From assembly GCA_963804165.1 (NCBI GenBank), contig CAWDPO010000005.1:1-40367 (forward strand): a DNA stretch of 40,367 nt. Direction: 5' to 3'. The stretch comes from an uncultured delta proteobacterium (GTDB lineage Bacteria > Desulfobacterota > Binatia > UBA9968). Below, one piece after another: positions 1 to 9,278 of the stretch (positions are counted from its first letter, which is position 1; each line of letters starts with the position of its first letter). Position numbers and translations under genes: made by a program. Below the pieces are notes generated by a model. The model was given only the letters and a program-made list of their open reading frames with translations. It was not told the DNA's origin and searched no databases.

Positions 1-165
1 CAAAGAAGTCCCGCACCATCCGATAAAGTCCGCTCACCCACTGTAAGCTCTGATTCTCATAGTGTATAGTGTCCGGCATATTCCGATGTCGTCCATCTAA
101 AGCGGCCTAGTATGCGGGGCAGCTATGGGGGCAACAGTGGAGTATAGAAAGTGAGTTGCCCCCAC

Positions 166-372
166 ATGCCGCTAACAGACACTGCTACTCGCTCTGCGAA
201 GGCCCGCACCCAACCCTTCAAGTTGTTCGACGGCGGAGGACTTTATCTGGAAGTTAACCCTGCCGGTGGGAAGTGGTGGCGTTGGAAATATCGTTTTGGT
301 GGTAAGGAAAATCGTCTTTCGTTTGGTGTCTATCCTGATGTGAGCTTAAAAGCGGCTCGCGAAAAACGTGAA
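166..372 (+). pseudogene. 5' fragment of P4-type integrase (Arm DNA-binding/DUF4102 domain only)
   Basis: MPLTD...KLFDGGGLYLEV...GGKWWRWKYRFGGKENRLSFGVYPDVSLKAAREKRE is the typical P4-family arm-binding N-terminus. Similarity stops at ~372, where an oppositely oriented SBP fragment begins. Confidence 0.85.
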
Positions 373-1004
373 AGGCGCTCTCTAAACCTTTGGCGTCGGG
401 TTGAGTTTCGATCTCTTCCAATTTTAGCTTCAGTGCCAGAGTCGCAGGCCTCAGATCTTTCAATTGGAGCTCGTCTGCTATACCGCCTCCCGACAGCCGC
501 AGAAGTCCAACTCGGCCGAGCTTGGGAACTGCGTCCTTCAGTATCTCTAGCCTTTTGGTATTTAGCTCACCTAAACTTGACAAACCCGTGACATTGCCTC
601 CCGGCCGCGCCAGACTAGCAACCAGACCTGCTCCTACGGGGTCTCCGCCACTCGCCATCACGATGGGAATGGTAGTAGTCGCTTTCTTCGCCGCTAACGA
701 AGATGGCGTCCCTGATACCACGATCAGATCAACCTTAAGACGAACCAAGTCCGCCGCAAGCTCAGGTAGGCGCTCAGACTTTTGCTCCGCAAACCGGTAC
801 TCGAAAGCTATATTTTTCCTCGATCCAGCCGAGCTTACTCAGCTCGTGGCGGAACGCCTCCAAGAGGACCGCGCTACCGGAAGCGGTGCCACTCTCCAGG
901 TAACCTATGCGAAAGATTTTTCCTGCCTGCTGCGCTTCGACTGAACCGCAAAGCGCAAAGAGCATGGCGCATAGCAGGATTGATAAGACACGAGCTTTCT
1001 TCAT
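371..1004 (-). pseudogene. ABC_sub_bind-family substrate-binding protein, 3'-truncated and frameshifted (copy A)
   Basis: Signal peptide MKKARVLSILLCAMLFALCGSVEAQQ (ORF 774..1013) plus LVRLKVDLIV...[11 protein letters not shown]...KRLEILKDAVP (ORF 254..748). Ends at GLESAF, ~371. Confidence 0.85.
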
Positions 1005-1026
1005 TGCACACACACCATTCGGTATG

Positions 1027-1113
1027 TATCACGGCGGCATGAGCGGTAGTAGAGAAAAGTGAGATTTATGACGAACAGACGTTCATCGAGTGGGAGACCA
1101 AGTTTAGCCCTGA
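1027..1113. promoter_or_regulatory. Conserved ~88-bp leader between SBP start and palindromic doublet (copy 1 of 5)
   Basis: TATCACG...AAAAGTG-GATTTA...TTCATCGAG...TTTAGCC; homologous copies start at 8529, 12488, 20203 and 22534. Confidence 0.7.
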
Positions 1114-1181
1114 GATTGAGCTGAACGATGCTTCAGTTTGATCTAGCGCGAGATTGATTAGATGGAGAATTCAGTTCAATC
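1114..1181. repeat. Palindromic doublet element, copy 1
   Basis: GATTGAGCTGAA-CGATGC-TTCAGTTTGATC, 8 bp, GATTGATTAGAT-GGAGAA-TTCAGTTCAATC. Confidence 0.95.
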
Positions 1182-1185
1182 ACAG

Positions 1186-1285
1186 CGCTAACGTTCGCCG
1201 TCACGGGCCACCACCAAACCGTAGACCTTCACGTTCAGCGGGAACCGCCAGCGGGCGCCGGGCTCGTGCACGGCGTTGGTTAGCT
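1186..1285 (-). other. Integron-type attC site
   Basis: Minus strand AGCTAAC-CAACG-CCGTGCACG...CGTGACGG-CGAAC-GTTAGCG, with an extra base in L''. R'' (CAGCTAAC) is the exact complement of GTTAGCTG at 2564-2571, upstream of the gene. Confidence 0.85.
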
Positions 1286-1350
1286 GGTCTTCTCGTCCGT
1301 GCGGAGCAAAGAGGATCACAACCAAGTCGTCCGACAGCTCATGCCGGACA

Positions 1351-2518
1351 TCACAGCATAAATATCGGGATGTCCGGCTCCAGTCCAAACAACACCCGGC
1401 CGACGGTCTCCAGGACGCGGGGCTGGACGCCTATATGCTGGGTGACGGCGTGCACATCCCGAAAAGCGCGCTCAATCGAGGAGGTTGCGTAGAGCGAGGT
1501 CGCACCACCTGTGAGATAGATGAGGTCGACTGCCTGGACGGCGCTCGTTACCGCATGCCAGCTCGCCAACCGCACTTCTGCCCGACTCTGGACAATCGCG
1601 TCGCGTCCCGAGAGCACGTCATCCCACAGTCGATTGGCCGCGTCGAAGAGAAAGAGCCGTGCCGAACGCACTAAAGCTTCTGCCTGCGACAGCCGAGTTT
1701 GCGCGCCCCGATCTTCCCCCAGACTGGCGAGTCCGTTCATGACGCTTTTCCGCCGCCAGGTCGAGTAGTGTTTCGATCGCACTCCGCGCAATGCCGAGCG
1801 CGATCACACCGAGGCCGGGGCCGGCGCGCGAATGAGGAGGGATCTGGTACCGCGGCTCGGTCAACACGATTGGGTCTGTGTGGAACGACGCATAGCGGGC
1901 CGGTACGAAGCGATCCTCCACCACGACGTCGTGGCTCCCAGTGCCACGCAGTCCGCTGACCGTCCACGTATCGATGATGGTGCAATCGACAGCCGGGCAG
2001 AGCATAAACCGGAATTCCTGCGCCCCCGACGGTGTAAGTCGGGGCTTACCGTTCTCGTGGACGATGCACATGAGGATGAACCAAGAGCTGATCTGGCAGC
2101 CGCTCACCAGTGACCAGCGCCCGTTCACCCGGTAGCCACCATCGACGACCGTGGCCCGTCCCGTAGGGCGGGTGCTGTTCGCGAGGATCATATTCGGGTC
2201 CGCAAAGATCTCTTGTGCAACCTCTTTCGACAGCCGAGCAGTGGTCCAGTGGACGTTCCCGTTCCACACGCACCAAGCCACAGAGGCGTCCGCTCGCGCT
2301 AGCTCTTCATACACCTCCATCGCATCCATAGGGGTGAGATCGAGGCCGCCATAGGCAGCAGGTAAGAAGATGCGGAAGAACCCCGCTCGGGCCAGTTCCT
2401 GGGTGAGTTCCTCGGGCAACCTCCGGTCAGCCTCAAGGCGCTCACGCTCCGCCAGGATCCGCGACCGGAGCGCGCGAGCGGCTTCCAGTATCATAGTCGA
2501 TGCTCTGCTATTGGCCAC
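1351..2518 (-). CDS. Acyl-CoA dehydrogenase-family / HsaA-like flavin-dependent monooxygenase, one frameshift near 1730; gene cassette
   Basis: ORF 1619..2518 (LPAAYGG, GYRVNGRWSLVSG, DTWTVSGLRGTGSHD) and ORF 1351..1791 (GGATSLY...IERAFRDVHAVTQH). AAGGAG RBS before GTG 2518. Confidence 0.85.
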
Positions 2519-2564
2519 GGGCTTCTCCTTTCACGTAAGTATGCCTGCTTCGTCCCCCTTCGTC

Positions 2565-2658
2565 AGCTAACGTATAGCGTTTTATCCCTGGAGGTTAGAG
2601 GCAGTCAAGTTGGGTGGAGAGCGCGGAGTAACGCCAAAGGGATAAAACGAGGTTGGAC
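2565..2658 (-). other. attC-like hairpin at the downstream end of the recombinase/IS91 element
   Basis: Minus strand GTCCAAC (perfect RYYYAAC)...GTTAGCT, with an 11-bp inverted repeat CGTTTTATCCC (2578-2588)/GGGATAAAACG (2639-2649). Confidence 0.6.
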
Positions 2659-2902
2659 TAAACCGCGGAGCAGCCGTGAGACTTCGGCTATGGGGATTGT
2701 AACAGGATGCAGTGCCGCGGGGCTTGACACACTGTTAACGAAAGAAAGGCCCGAGGACTGCAGTCGAGATCGGCGCCGGTGGCGTTGCGCCGATTGCGAC
2801 ACTGCCATGCGACTTCAAAGTTAGTTTTGGCTACTGCCAGACACACCCGCGCGATGGCGGTGGATGGAAATTCACACGAGCTGAGATACAAAGGAATCTT
2901 TT

Positions 2903-4078
2903 TCATGAAGAATCCCAACGAGCTAAACTCAACGAAGCCGGCAGGTCGCCGACGGCAATCATCGTTCCCTCAAGACAAGACGGGCAGCGAGAAAGATCGA
3001 TGCCGGTGATTTTTAGCAGCAAGTTTTTAGCTGAGAGAATGGGGCTTTGAGGCACAGCGGGAGCAAGTTTCAAGAGTTTGCGGCATTGAGCGAGGGCTTG
3101 TTTCTTGGATCGGTTGGCCAAGAAGCCGAAGTGGCGGATGCGCATGAAGCCCTCGGGCAGGACATGAAGCAGGAAGCGACGGATAAATTCCTGGGCATCA
3201 AGGAGGAGGGTCTTTTTTTGATTCCCATCTTTTCGATCTCGGTAGCTCAAGGTGACCTCTGCGTTTTCGATTCTGAGGATGCGGTCATTGGACAGAGCCA
3301 CACGATGAGTGTAGCGGCCGAGGTAATCGAGGACAGTTTGTGGCGAGCCGAAAGGCTTTTTCGCGTAGACGATCCAGCTCGTTTTGCGCAATGCTTTGGT
3401 TTCCTTGTCGGCCGCAGGGAGTTTTCCTCTCTCACCGGCCTGCTGCAACAGAGTCAAAAACTTTCCACGAAACACCCGGCTTAAGGCCTTAACCGGAAAC
3501 AGAAAGTTTTCGCGCGCCGGTATCCAGCGGCTGTGATCGAAAGACAGAGCGCCTGCGGGTACCAGACAGTGCAGATGAAAATGATCTTTAAGGGTTTGAT
3601 CCCAGGTGTGCAGCACAGCAGTGATACCGATGGATCCCTTAAGACGTGTCTGGCCAAACTCCAATAAAGTTTTACTGACAGCTTTAAACAGCAAAGCCAA
3701 CACCAGCTTTTTATGGGTCAGAATCAGACCGTTAAGCTCATGCGGTAAGGTGAAGACCAGATGAAAGTATCCCACCGGCAAAAGCTCAGAGGTTTGCTTC
3801 TCCAACCACCGAGCCTTAGCCAAGGCTTGGCACTTGGGACAGTGGCGGTTACGACAGGAGTTATAAGCCGGGCGCTCAAAACCGCAAGACTCGCATCGAT
3901 CCAGATGCCCGCCCAATTCTGGAGTCCGGCACACCGAAACGGCCCGCATCACTTTCTGCTGGGAAGCCGAAAATCGATGCGTTCGTTGATATCGCTCCCC
4001 GTACTGACGAAAGACATCGGCCAGCTCGGGGCTTGCCTTTTTTTCTCCTGCCGCCCGCCCATCAGCGCGAGACAGCAC
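2903..4078 (-). CDS. IS91-family (Y2/HUH) transposase with N-terminal Zn-binding domain
   Basis: CRT..LGGH...C..C...YNSCRNRHCPKCQ; YFHLVFTLP; LHTW...HFHLHC (HUH); YLGRY (Y2); FIRRFLLHVLP.GF.RIRHFG. Confidence 0.95.
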   Translation of the reverse strand: MLSRADGRAAGEKKASPELADVFRQYGERYQRTHRFSASQQKVMRAVSVCRTPELGGHLDRCESCGFERPAYNSCRNRHCPKCQALAKARWLEKQTSELLPVGYFHLVFTLPHELNGLILTHKKLVLALLFKAVSKTLLEFGQTRLKGSIGITAVLHTWDQTLKDHFHLHCLVPAGALSFDHSRWIPARENFLFPVKALSRVFRGKFLTLLQQAGERGKLPAADKETKALRKTSWIVYAKKPFGSPQTVLDYLGRYTHRVALSNDRILRIENAEVTLSYRDRKDGNQKKTLLLDAQEFIRRFLLHVLPEGFMRIRHFGFLANRSKKQALAQCRKLLKLAPAVPQSPILSAKNLLLKITGIDLSRCPSCLEGTMIAVGDLPASLSLARWDSS

Positions 4079-4092
4079 CGTGAGACCGCTTC

Positions 4093-4929
4093 TTAGTTCG
4101 GCAGTCTCAGCAGATCCAAAGGATTGGCCGTGGTAGTGATCTTGTGCTGGCGAATCTGCAAGTAGCGCTCGGTGCTGGCCATCGAGTTATGACCCAATAG
4201 CGTCTGAATGGTCCTCAGATCCACCCCGGCTTCCAATAGATGGGTGGCAAAACAGTGTCTGAGCGTATGGATACCGTGGCCTTTTTGGATACCAGCCTTC
4301 AACTTGGCAAGATTGTAGATTCGCTGGGCGTAGTCGATTGATATCGGACCACCCTTTCGGTTGGGGAACAGGTAAATCGGCGAACGATGCTCTTTCCAAT
4401 AAGAGCGCAGCTCGGTGAGCAAACGGGCAGATAAGATCGTGTAGCGGTCTTTTCTACCCTTGCCCTGCTCCACCCGCACCATCATCCGTTCACTGTCGAT
4501 GGCGCTGACTTTGAGCCGAACCAATTCACTGACCCGCAGCCCCGTGGCGTAAGCCGTCATCAACAGACAACGGTCGCGCTGTTTTGCCGCGGCCAACAGC
4601 AAACGCTCGACTTCCTTCTGGCCTAACACTTCGGGCAGTTGCCAACTGCGCCTTCTCGGCGGAATAAACAACTGCTTGTCGTTCCAGCTCAACATCTGGT
4701 GGTAAAAGAACTTCATCCCCGAGATCGCCACGTTGCGCGAACTGGGCGACAAACCGCGCTTTTCCAGATGCAAAAGATAAGCGCGAATCTCCTCTTGTGT
4801 GAGTTGGTCCGGCGAGCGTCGATAATGCTTGACCAGTCCGATCACGGCCGCCAGATAGGACTGCTGGGTGCGGGGCGAGAAGTTTCTCAACCTCATCTCC
4901 TCGATCATCCTTGTGCGTAACGCTCCCAT
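4093..4929 (-). CDS. Tyrosine recombinase (IntI-related, no obvious integron-specific insertion)
   Basis: SAM-like N-terminus (MRLRNFSPRTQQSY); YATGLRVSE; QGKGRKDR; HTLRHCFATHLLE; LLGH...T.RY catalytic residues; 278 aa. Confidence 0.95.
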   Translation of the reverse strand: MGALRTRMIEEMRLRNFSPRTQQSYLAAVIGLVKHYRRSPDQLTQEEIRAYLLHLEKRGLSPSSRNVAISGMKFFYHQMLSWNDKQLFIPPRRRSWQLPEVLGQKEVERLLLAAAKQRDRCLLMTAYATGLRVSELVRLKVSAIDSERMMVRVEQGKGRKDRYTILSARLLTELRSYWKEHRSPIYLFPNRKGGPISIDYAQRIYNLAKLKAGIQKGHGIHTLRHCFATHLLEAGVDLRTIQTLLGHNSMASTERYLQIRQHKITTTANPLDLLRLPN

Positions 4930-5306
4930 AACAAATCCTCCTTGGATTTAAATTTGGGAGCGACGCTATCACGCGAGATAAAAAATGGACGCTGAGTTCG
5001 AGCTATGAAAACTACGAAGAGATGAGGGGAGAACCTGAGGGGAACAGAAACACACCGCACGGCATCCGCCACCGCGCAGCGGTTTAGTTCAACTACCGAG
5101 TATACTGACCAGTGTATAGGATAATTTAAAATCCCGGCCAAAGGAATTTACTCGTTCTTTCAATCAGTTGTCAATTACGACACCTCTCAAGAACCACAAT
5201 ACACTGGTCAGTGTATTACCAATATACGTGCTAGCGCTAACGAGGGTTTTTCACGCTTGCCGGTGGCGCACTTGGTTTCATCGTTTTTTGGAAATGTGTT
5301 TCTTGA

Positions 5307-5374
5307 GATTGAACTGAACGACGCTTCAGTTTGGTTGCTGAGAAGATTGAGTTGATGGAGAATTCAGTTCAATC
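5307..5374. repeat. Palindromic doublet element, copy 2
   Basis: GATTGAACTGAA-CGACGC-TTCAGTTTGGTT, 8 bp, GATTGAGTTGAT-GGAGAA-TTCAGTTCAATC, followed by CTGGCATCGC. Confidence 0.95.
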
Positions 5375-5391
5375 CTGGCATCGCTGCGTGG

Positions 5392-6377
5392 TTACTTAAT
5401 CACCTTATCCGCTCTCGCGAGCACATTCGGTGGAATCGTTAGCCCAATCCGCTTTGAGTCTTCAAATTGATCACGAACTCAAACTTGCTCGATTGCTCGA
5501 CCGGAATGTCCGCGGGTTTGGCGCCTTTGAGAATCTTGTCGACCATCACCGCCACGCGCTTGAAGGGCTCAACCTCGTCCGCACCGTAGGACATCAAGCC
5601 GCCGTTCTGAACAAAGTCTTCGCGATAGTGAATCGTGGGTAGTTGGTACTTAGCCGCTAGCGCGATGATCCGTTCTTGATTCTCGGTGCTCTGAGATAGA
5701 CGATGCCGTGTTACGGTGAGACCAATGTTGCCCTTCTTGGCGGCCTCTTTGAAAGCGCTCTCAAAGTTGTCCGTGTTGATCTCCATGGAGTGGAGTTGCA
5801 GCCCAAGTTGCCGTGCCACAAGTTGGCTTTCTGTCCACTGTGGCTCACTGCCCTCAAACTTTGGGTACCACAACACGGCGACGCGGGTGAGTTTTGGTAT
5901 GGCCTCCTTAAGTACCTGCAGTCTTTTGCCAGCTAAAACATCGGCCATGGAGTAAAATCTCGTGATGTTGCCTCCGGGCCGCGCCAAGCTGTCAACCATG
6001 CCGCGCGCAACCGGATCGGTGTTGGAATCCGTAAAAATGATGGGAATCGCTTTGGTAGCCTTCTTGGCGGTCAGGCCATCGTTTGGACCACCCGCGATGA
6101 TAAGATCGACCTTGAGACGAACCAGCTCATCGGCCAGGGCGGAGAGCCGCTCGGGTTTCTCTTCCGCGTTGCGAAGCTCGAAAACGATGTTTTTACCCTC
6201 GACATAACCAAGATTGCGGAGCTCTCGTCGTAGCGCGTCTTGGCCAAATCTGGAGCTAGATAGTCCCCCGGACAATCTTCCGACGCGATAGACTTTTTCT
6301 GTCTGCTGCGCCCTCGCAGAAGAAACAGTCATCAGAAATGAAGTAGCCAGTAGCAGGAGCGAGATCGGCGCATTCAT
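5392..6377 (-). CDS. ABC_sub_bind-family SBP (copy B), frameshift near C-terminus
   Basis: ORF 5439..6377 has the family motifs ([38 protein letters not shown]). The tail [14 protein letters not shown] is in another frame and ends at 5392. Confidence 0.85.
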
Positions 6378-6811
6378 GGTTTGCTCCTAAACGTTCGGGT
6401 CTTCATCGAATCACCTTATCCGCCCGGTACAGCACCGACTGTGGAATCGTGAGGTTGAGCGCTTTCGCTGTCTTGAGATTGATCACCAACTCGAATTTCG
6501 TGGGCTGTTCGACCGGCAAATCGGCAGGCTTGGCTCCCTTCAGGATTTTGTCCACGTAGATAGCTACGCGCCGATAGCCGTCCGCGACGTCCCGGCCGTA
6601 GGACATGAGCCCACCAGCTTCTACAGCTTCTCTGCTGAAGTACACCGACGGTAGCCGGCTCTTTAACGCAAAGCCCACGATTCGTTTTAGGTTAGGACGC
6701 ATTACCGGGCCCGCGGTGAGCGCGTAGAGTCCATCCGGGCGCTGCTTGTTTAGCGCAGCAAAGACCTTCTCGAAGTCATCCACCGCTCGTATCTCCCAAG
6801 GTTGAATAGTC

Positions 6812-7911
6812 GGTACAAACAACTTTATTTGGTTGAAAGTTTTTTACCATTGCACATGACAAGGGGACGAGTCCTGATCAGAGCCGTAGTCCACAGAAGT
6901 AAAGCTTGAGGACTACGAATGCTACGAGTCTGGCGCATCAAATCACGAACTCTTCGGTTCATAGCTTCTAGGCTGCCGGTAGTGGTTGGCAGATTTAATT
7001 TTGGGTATTTGCGATAGGCTCTGAAATGGTCGATCCGCCTGAGAAACTCTCGAACGATCATGCGCATGACACGCAGTCGTTTTGCTTGCCGAACGCGATT
7101 GTTGAGCTGAGCGAGCACCGATCGGAGCGGAGGGCCATCGGGAAGCTCGAGAGCTTGGCGGGTCAGTTGATAGAGCGCCTCGCGCAGGGGTCTGCCATGG
7201 AGTCTGTGATTTCGTCGGCCGCGGCAGTTCTGCAATCGGCTGATGAGATGAAAATGGCAGAGCTGAACGATCCAGCCTTGGCTTGTGCCGAGTTTGACAA
7301 TACCAGAAACCTCGTCGGAGACCGAGGCACGGATACGTCTGTGTATAGAGGGCGGAATGGTTGTGAAGGCGTGAGACCACCCTTGCATGTTCTCTCTGCC
7401 TTTGCGCAGCACAGGATCGAGGAAGATCGCTCGATTTTGATGACACGGCTTTACCGCCATCAAATACACAACCCAATCTTTGCCGCGAAAGCGAAAGTAC
7501 AGTCCGTCCAAGACCAAAACCAAGGAACCTTTGGGCAAGCGCAAATCCCGAGATCGCGATGTGAACTGTCGCAGAGTTCCACGAAACCGCCGACTCAACC
7601 CTTGGTGGGTAAGACCATAGCGTGGAGCGAGAGTTTTCAGTGTGCGTCCGTCGAGCAACACTGCTTTGAGAGTTCCAGGACGCGCTCGCCGAGGCTTGCG
7701 GCCGCGCTGTTTCTTGCGGATCCTCCACGTACGCTTGCACTGACTGCACTGACGACGTCGGGAACCGAAGTGATAAATTTTCGCTCTGCAACACCGAGAA
7801 TTCGCGTGCCACGAATGCATGCACGCGAACTACACACAGATTAAAGGTCAAAGTATTCAAAAACACGGAGAAATCTCGTTTAGTTTTCAACCAAATTTCG
7901 TTGTTTGTACC
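6812..7911 (-). mobile_element. Compact 1100-bp IS256/Mutator-like insertion sequence
   Basis: 27-bp TIRs GGTACAAACAAC-NNN-ATTTGGTTGAAA (24/27 identical); 8-bp TSD GAATAGTC at 6804-6811 and 7912-7919. Confidence 0.92.
6825..7820 (-). CDS. DDE transposase, IS256/Mutator-like
   Basis: LVLDG (D1), VSDE (D2), QLCHFH (CxxH), TTGSLEAMN (E); Cys-rich N-terminus; lies between the TIRs. Confidence 0.85.
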   Translation of the reverse strand: MHSWHANSRCCRAKIYHFGSRRRQCSQCKRTWRIRKKQRGRKPRRARPGTLKAVLLDGRTLKTLAPRYGLTHQGLSRRFRGTLRQFTSRSRDLRLPKGSLVLVLDGLYFRFRGKDWVVYLMAVKPCHQNRAIFLDPVLRKGRENMQGWSHAFTTIPPSIHRRIRASVSDEVSGIVKLGTSQGWIVQLCHFHLISRLQNCRGRRNHRLHGRPLREALYQLTRQALELPDGPPLRSVLAQLNNRVRQAKRLRVMRMIVREFLRRIDHFRAYRKYPKLNLPTTTGSLEAMNRRVRDLMRQTRSIRSPQALLLWTTALIRTRPLVMCNGKKLSTK

Positions 7912-8617
7912 GAATAGTCAACTTTAGTGCATGCGCGTCGGCTGGGAGAAGCTCTTTTACCTCGTGTAAACTGGGCGGATCGGCCGGATCGTAGAGAACC
8001 GCGACACGGGAAAGTTTGGGAACGGCTTCTTTGAGCAGCTCCAGCCGCTTCCCGCCCAGTTCCCTGGCAAGGGCTGTGAGGCCGGTGACATTGCCGCCGG
8101 GACGAGCAAGGCTTTCAACGAAGCCTGCCCTAACAGGATCGGACCCAACGCCCACCATGACGATGGGAATCGTCTTGGTTGCATTCTTGGCCGCCCGGAT
8201 CCCGGGTCCCCTGACGCTACCACGATGATATCAACCTTCAGACGCACAAGCTCCGCCGCATGCTCAGGGGCCCGATCGACCTTCCCCTCCGCATATCGGT
8301 ACTCGATGGCGATGTTCTGTCCTTCTATGTAGCCAAGCTCGCGCAGAGCTAGCCGAATTCCCTCGGCGCGGGCGGAGTCAGTAGCCGGGTCGGTATTGGA
8401 TAGATACCCTAACCGAGAGACTTTCTTCGGCTGCTGCGCCTGAGCCGTCACTCCAACAGCAAGCAGCATCACTACAAGCAGGATTGATAAGACACTAACT
8501 TTCTTCATTGCACACACAATTCGTTATGTATCACGTGGGGCCGTGTAGAGGAAACTGAGATTTATGACGGAAGGCGACAGGTATTCGTCGAGTGGAAAAA
8601 CTAGATTTTTAGCGTGA

Positions 8618-8685
8618 GATTTAACTGAACGACGCTTCAGTTTGGTTGCTGAGAAGATTGAGTTGATGGAGAATTCAATTCAATT
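8618..8685. repeat. Palindromic doublet element, copy 3
   Basis: GATTTAACTGAA-CGACGC-TTCAGTTTGGTT...GATTGAGTTGAT-GGAGAA-TTCAATTCAATT; interior identical to copy 2. Confidence 0.95.
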
Positions 8686-8696
8686 TCAGGGTTAAC

Positions 8697-8788
8697 GGCT
8701 AACACGTTTCGGCTGGGCAGCGATCAAAATGGTCGCGCGGTCTTCTGGTAGTTCAGCCGGATTGTCCGCTCCAGCCGACTGGTTAGCT
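8697..8788 (-). other. Integron-type attC site of the cupin cassette
   Basis: Minus strand AGCTAAC (contains the cupin stop TAA)-CAGTCGGCTGG...CCAGCCGAAACGT-GTTAGCC. Confidence 0.75.
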
Positions 8789-9190
8789 GGCGACACGCGC
8801 TCCGTCTTTGTCCCAAGTTATGTTCCTTTTGGACCGGTCAAAGAACGGAGCGAAGATTGATAGCACCTCGAGTCGCCCACCTTCCGGGATGATCGGTCCA
8901 TGCAACGTGTTCTGCGGAATGAAGATCATATCGCCTGCATTCACGTGCCTCGTCTCGTCGCCGACACGGAAATCTGCTTCACCTCCGAGAATCAGAACGA
9001 TCTCGTCGTGCGAGGGTTGCGTGTGCAAGGCGTTACCACTTTCTTCGATTATTGAAGCGTTCGCAGTGATGAACTGCCCGTCACAGAGAAACATGCGTTT
9101 AATCGGGTCTCGGGCAGTCGATGGATCAGCCTTCATCGCCCGTAGCGCGTCGTTTAGATTCGTAAAAGCGTTCATGTCTACTCCTTTCAC
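8783..9190 (-). CDS. Cupin-domain protein (gene cassette)
   Basis: LHTQPSHDEIVLILGG...GDMIFIPQNTLHG cupin motifs; flanked by attC sites on both sides. Confidence 0.85.
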   Translation of the reverse strand: MKGVDMNAFTNLNDALRAMKADPSTARDPIKRMFLCDGQFITANASIIEESGNALHTQPSHDEIVLILGGEADFRVGDETRHVNAGDMIFIPQNTLHGPIIPEGGRLEVLSIFAPFFDRSKRNITWDKDGARVAS

Positions 9191-9194
9191 TGAC

Positions 9195-9278
9195 GGCTAA
9201 CATGATGCCGCTGAGCCGTTATCAAAAAATACATCAATCATCTTTGATCTCGCTATCGGCTCAAGCGGCGGGTTATGT
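9195..9278 (-). other. Integron-type attC site
   Basis: Minus strand ACATAAC-CCGCC-GCTTGAGCCG...CGGCTCAGC-GGCATCAT-GTTAGCC; extra base in L''. Confidence 0.8.

Larger units (their letters stand above)
2652..5093 (-). mobile_element. Tyrosine recombinase + IS91-family transposase element
   Basis: Two-gene unit bounded by 14/15 inverted repeats GTTGGACTAAACCGC (2652-2666) and GCGGTTTAGTTCAAC (5079-5093). Confidence 0.75.
6403..8508 (-). pseudogene. ABC_sub_bind-family SBP (copy C) interrupted by an IS256-like element
   Basis: Removing 6812-7911 and one TSD restores ...HALKLTIQPWEIRAVDDFEKVF...; an additional frameshift lies near 8205. Confidence 0.9.

Noticed and set aside
4093-4929. Calling the recombinase intI or xerD
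   Set aside because: It is short, shows no evident IntI-specific insertion and is paired with an IS91 transposase, so no symbol was assigned.
6943-7890. Long alternative ORFs (315 aa minus, 272 aa plus) overlapping the IS transposase
   Set aside because: Ser/Arg-biased composition or antisense position with no motifs; the DDE frame explains the region.
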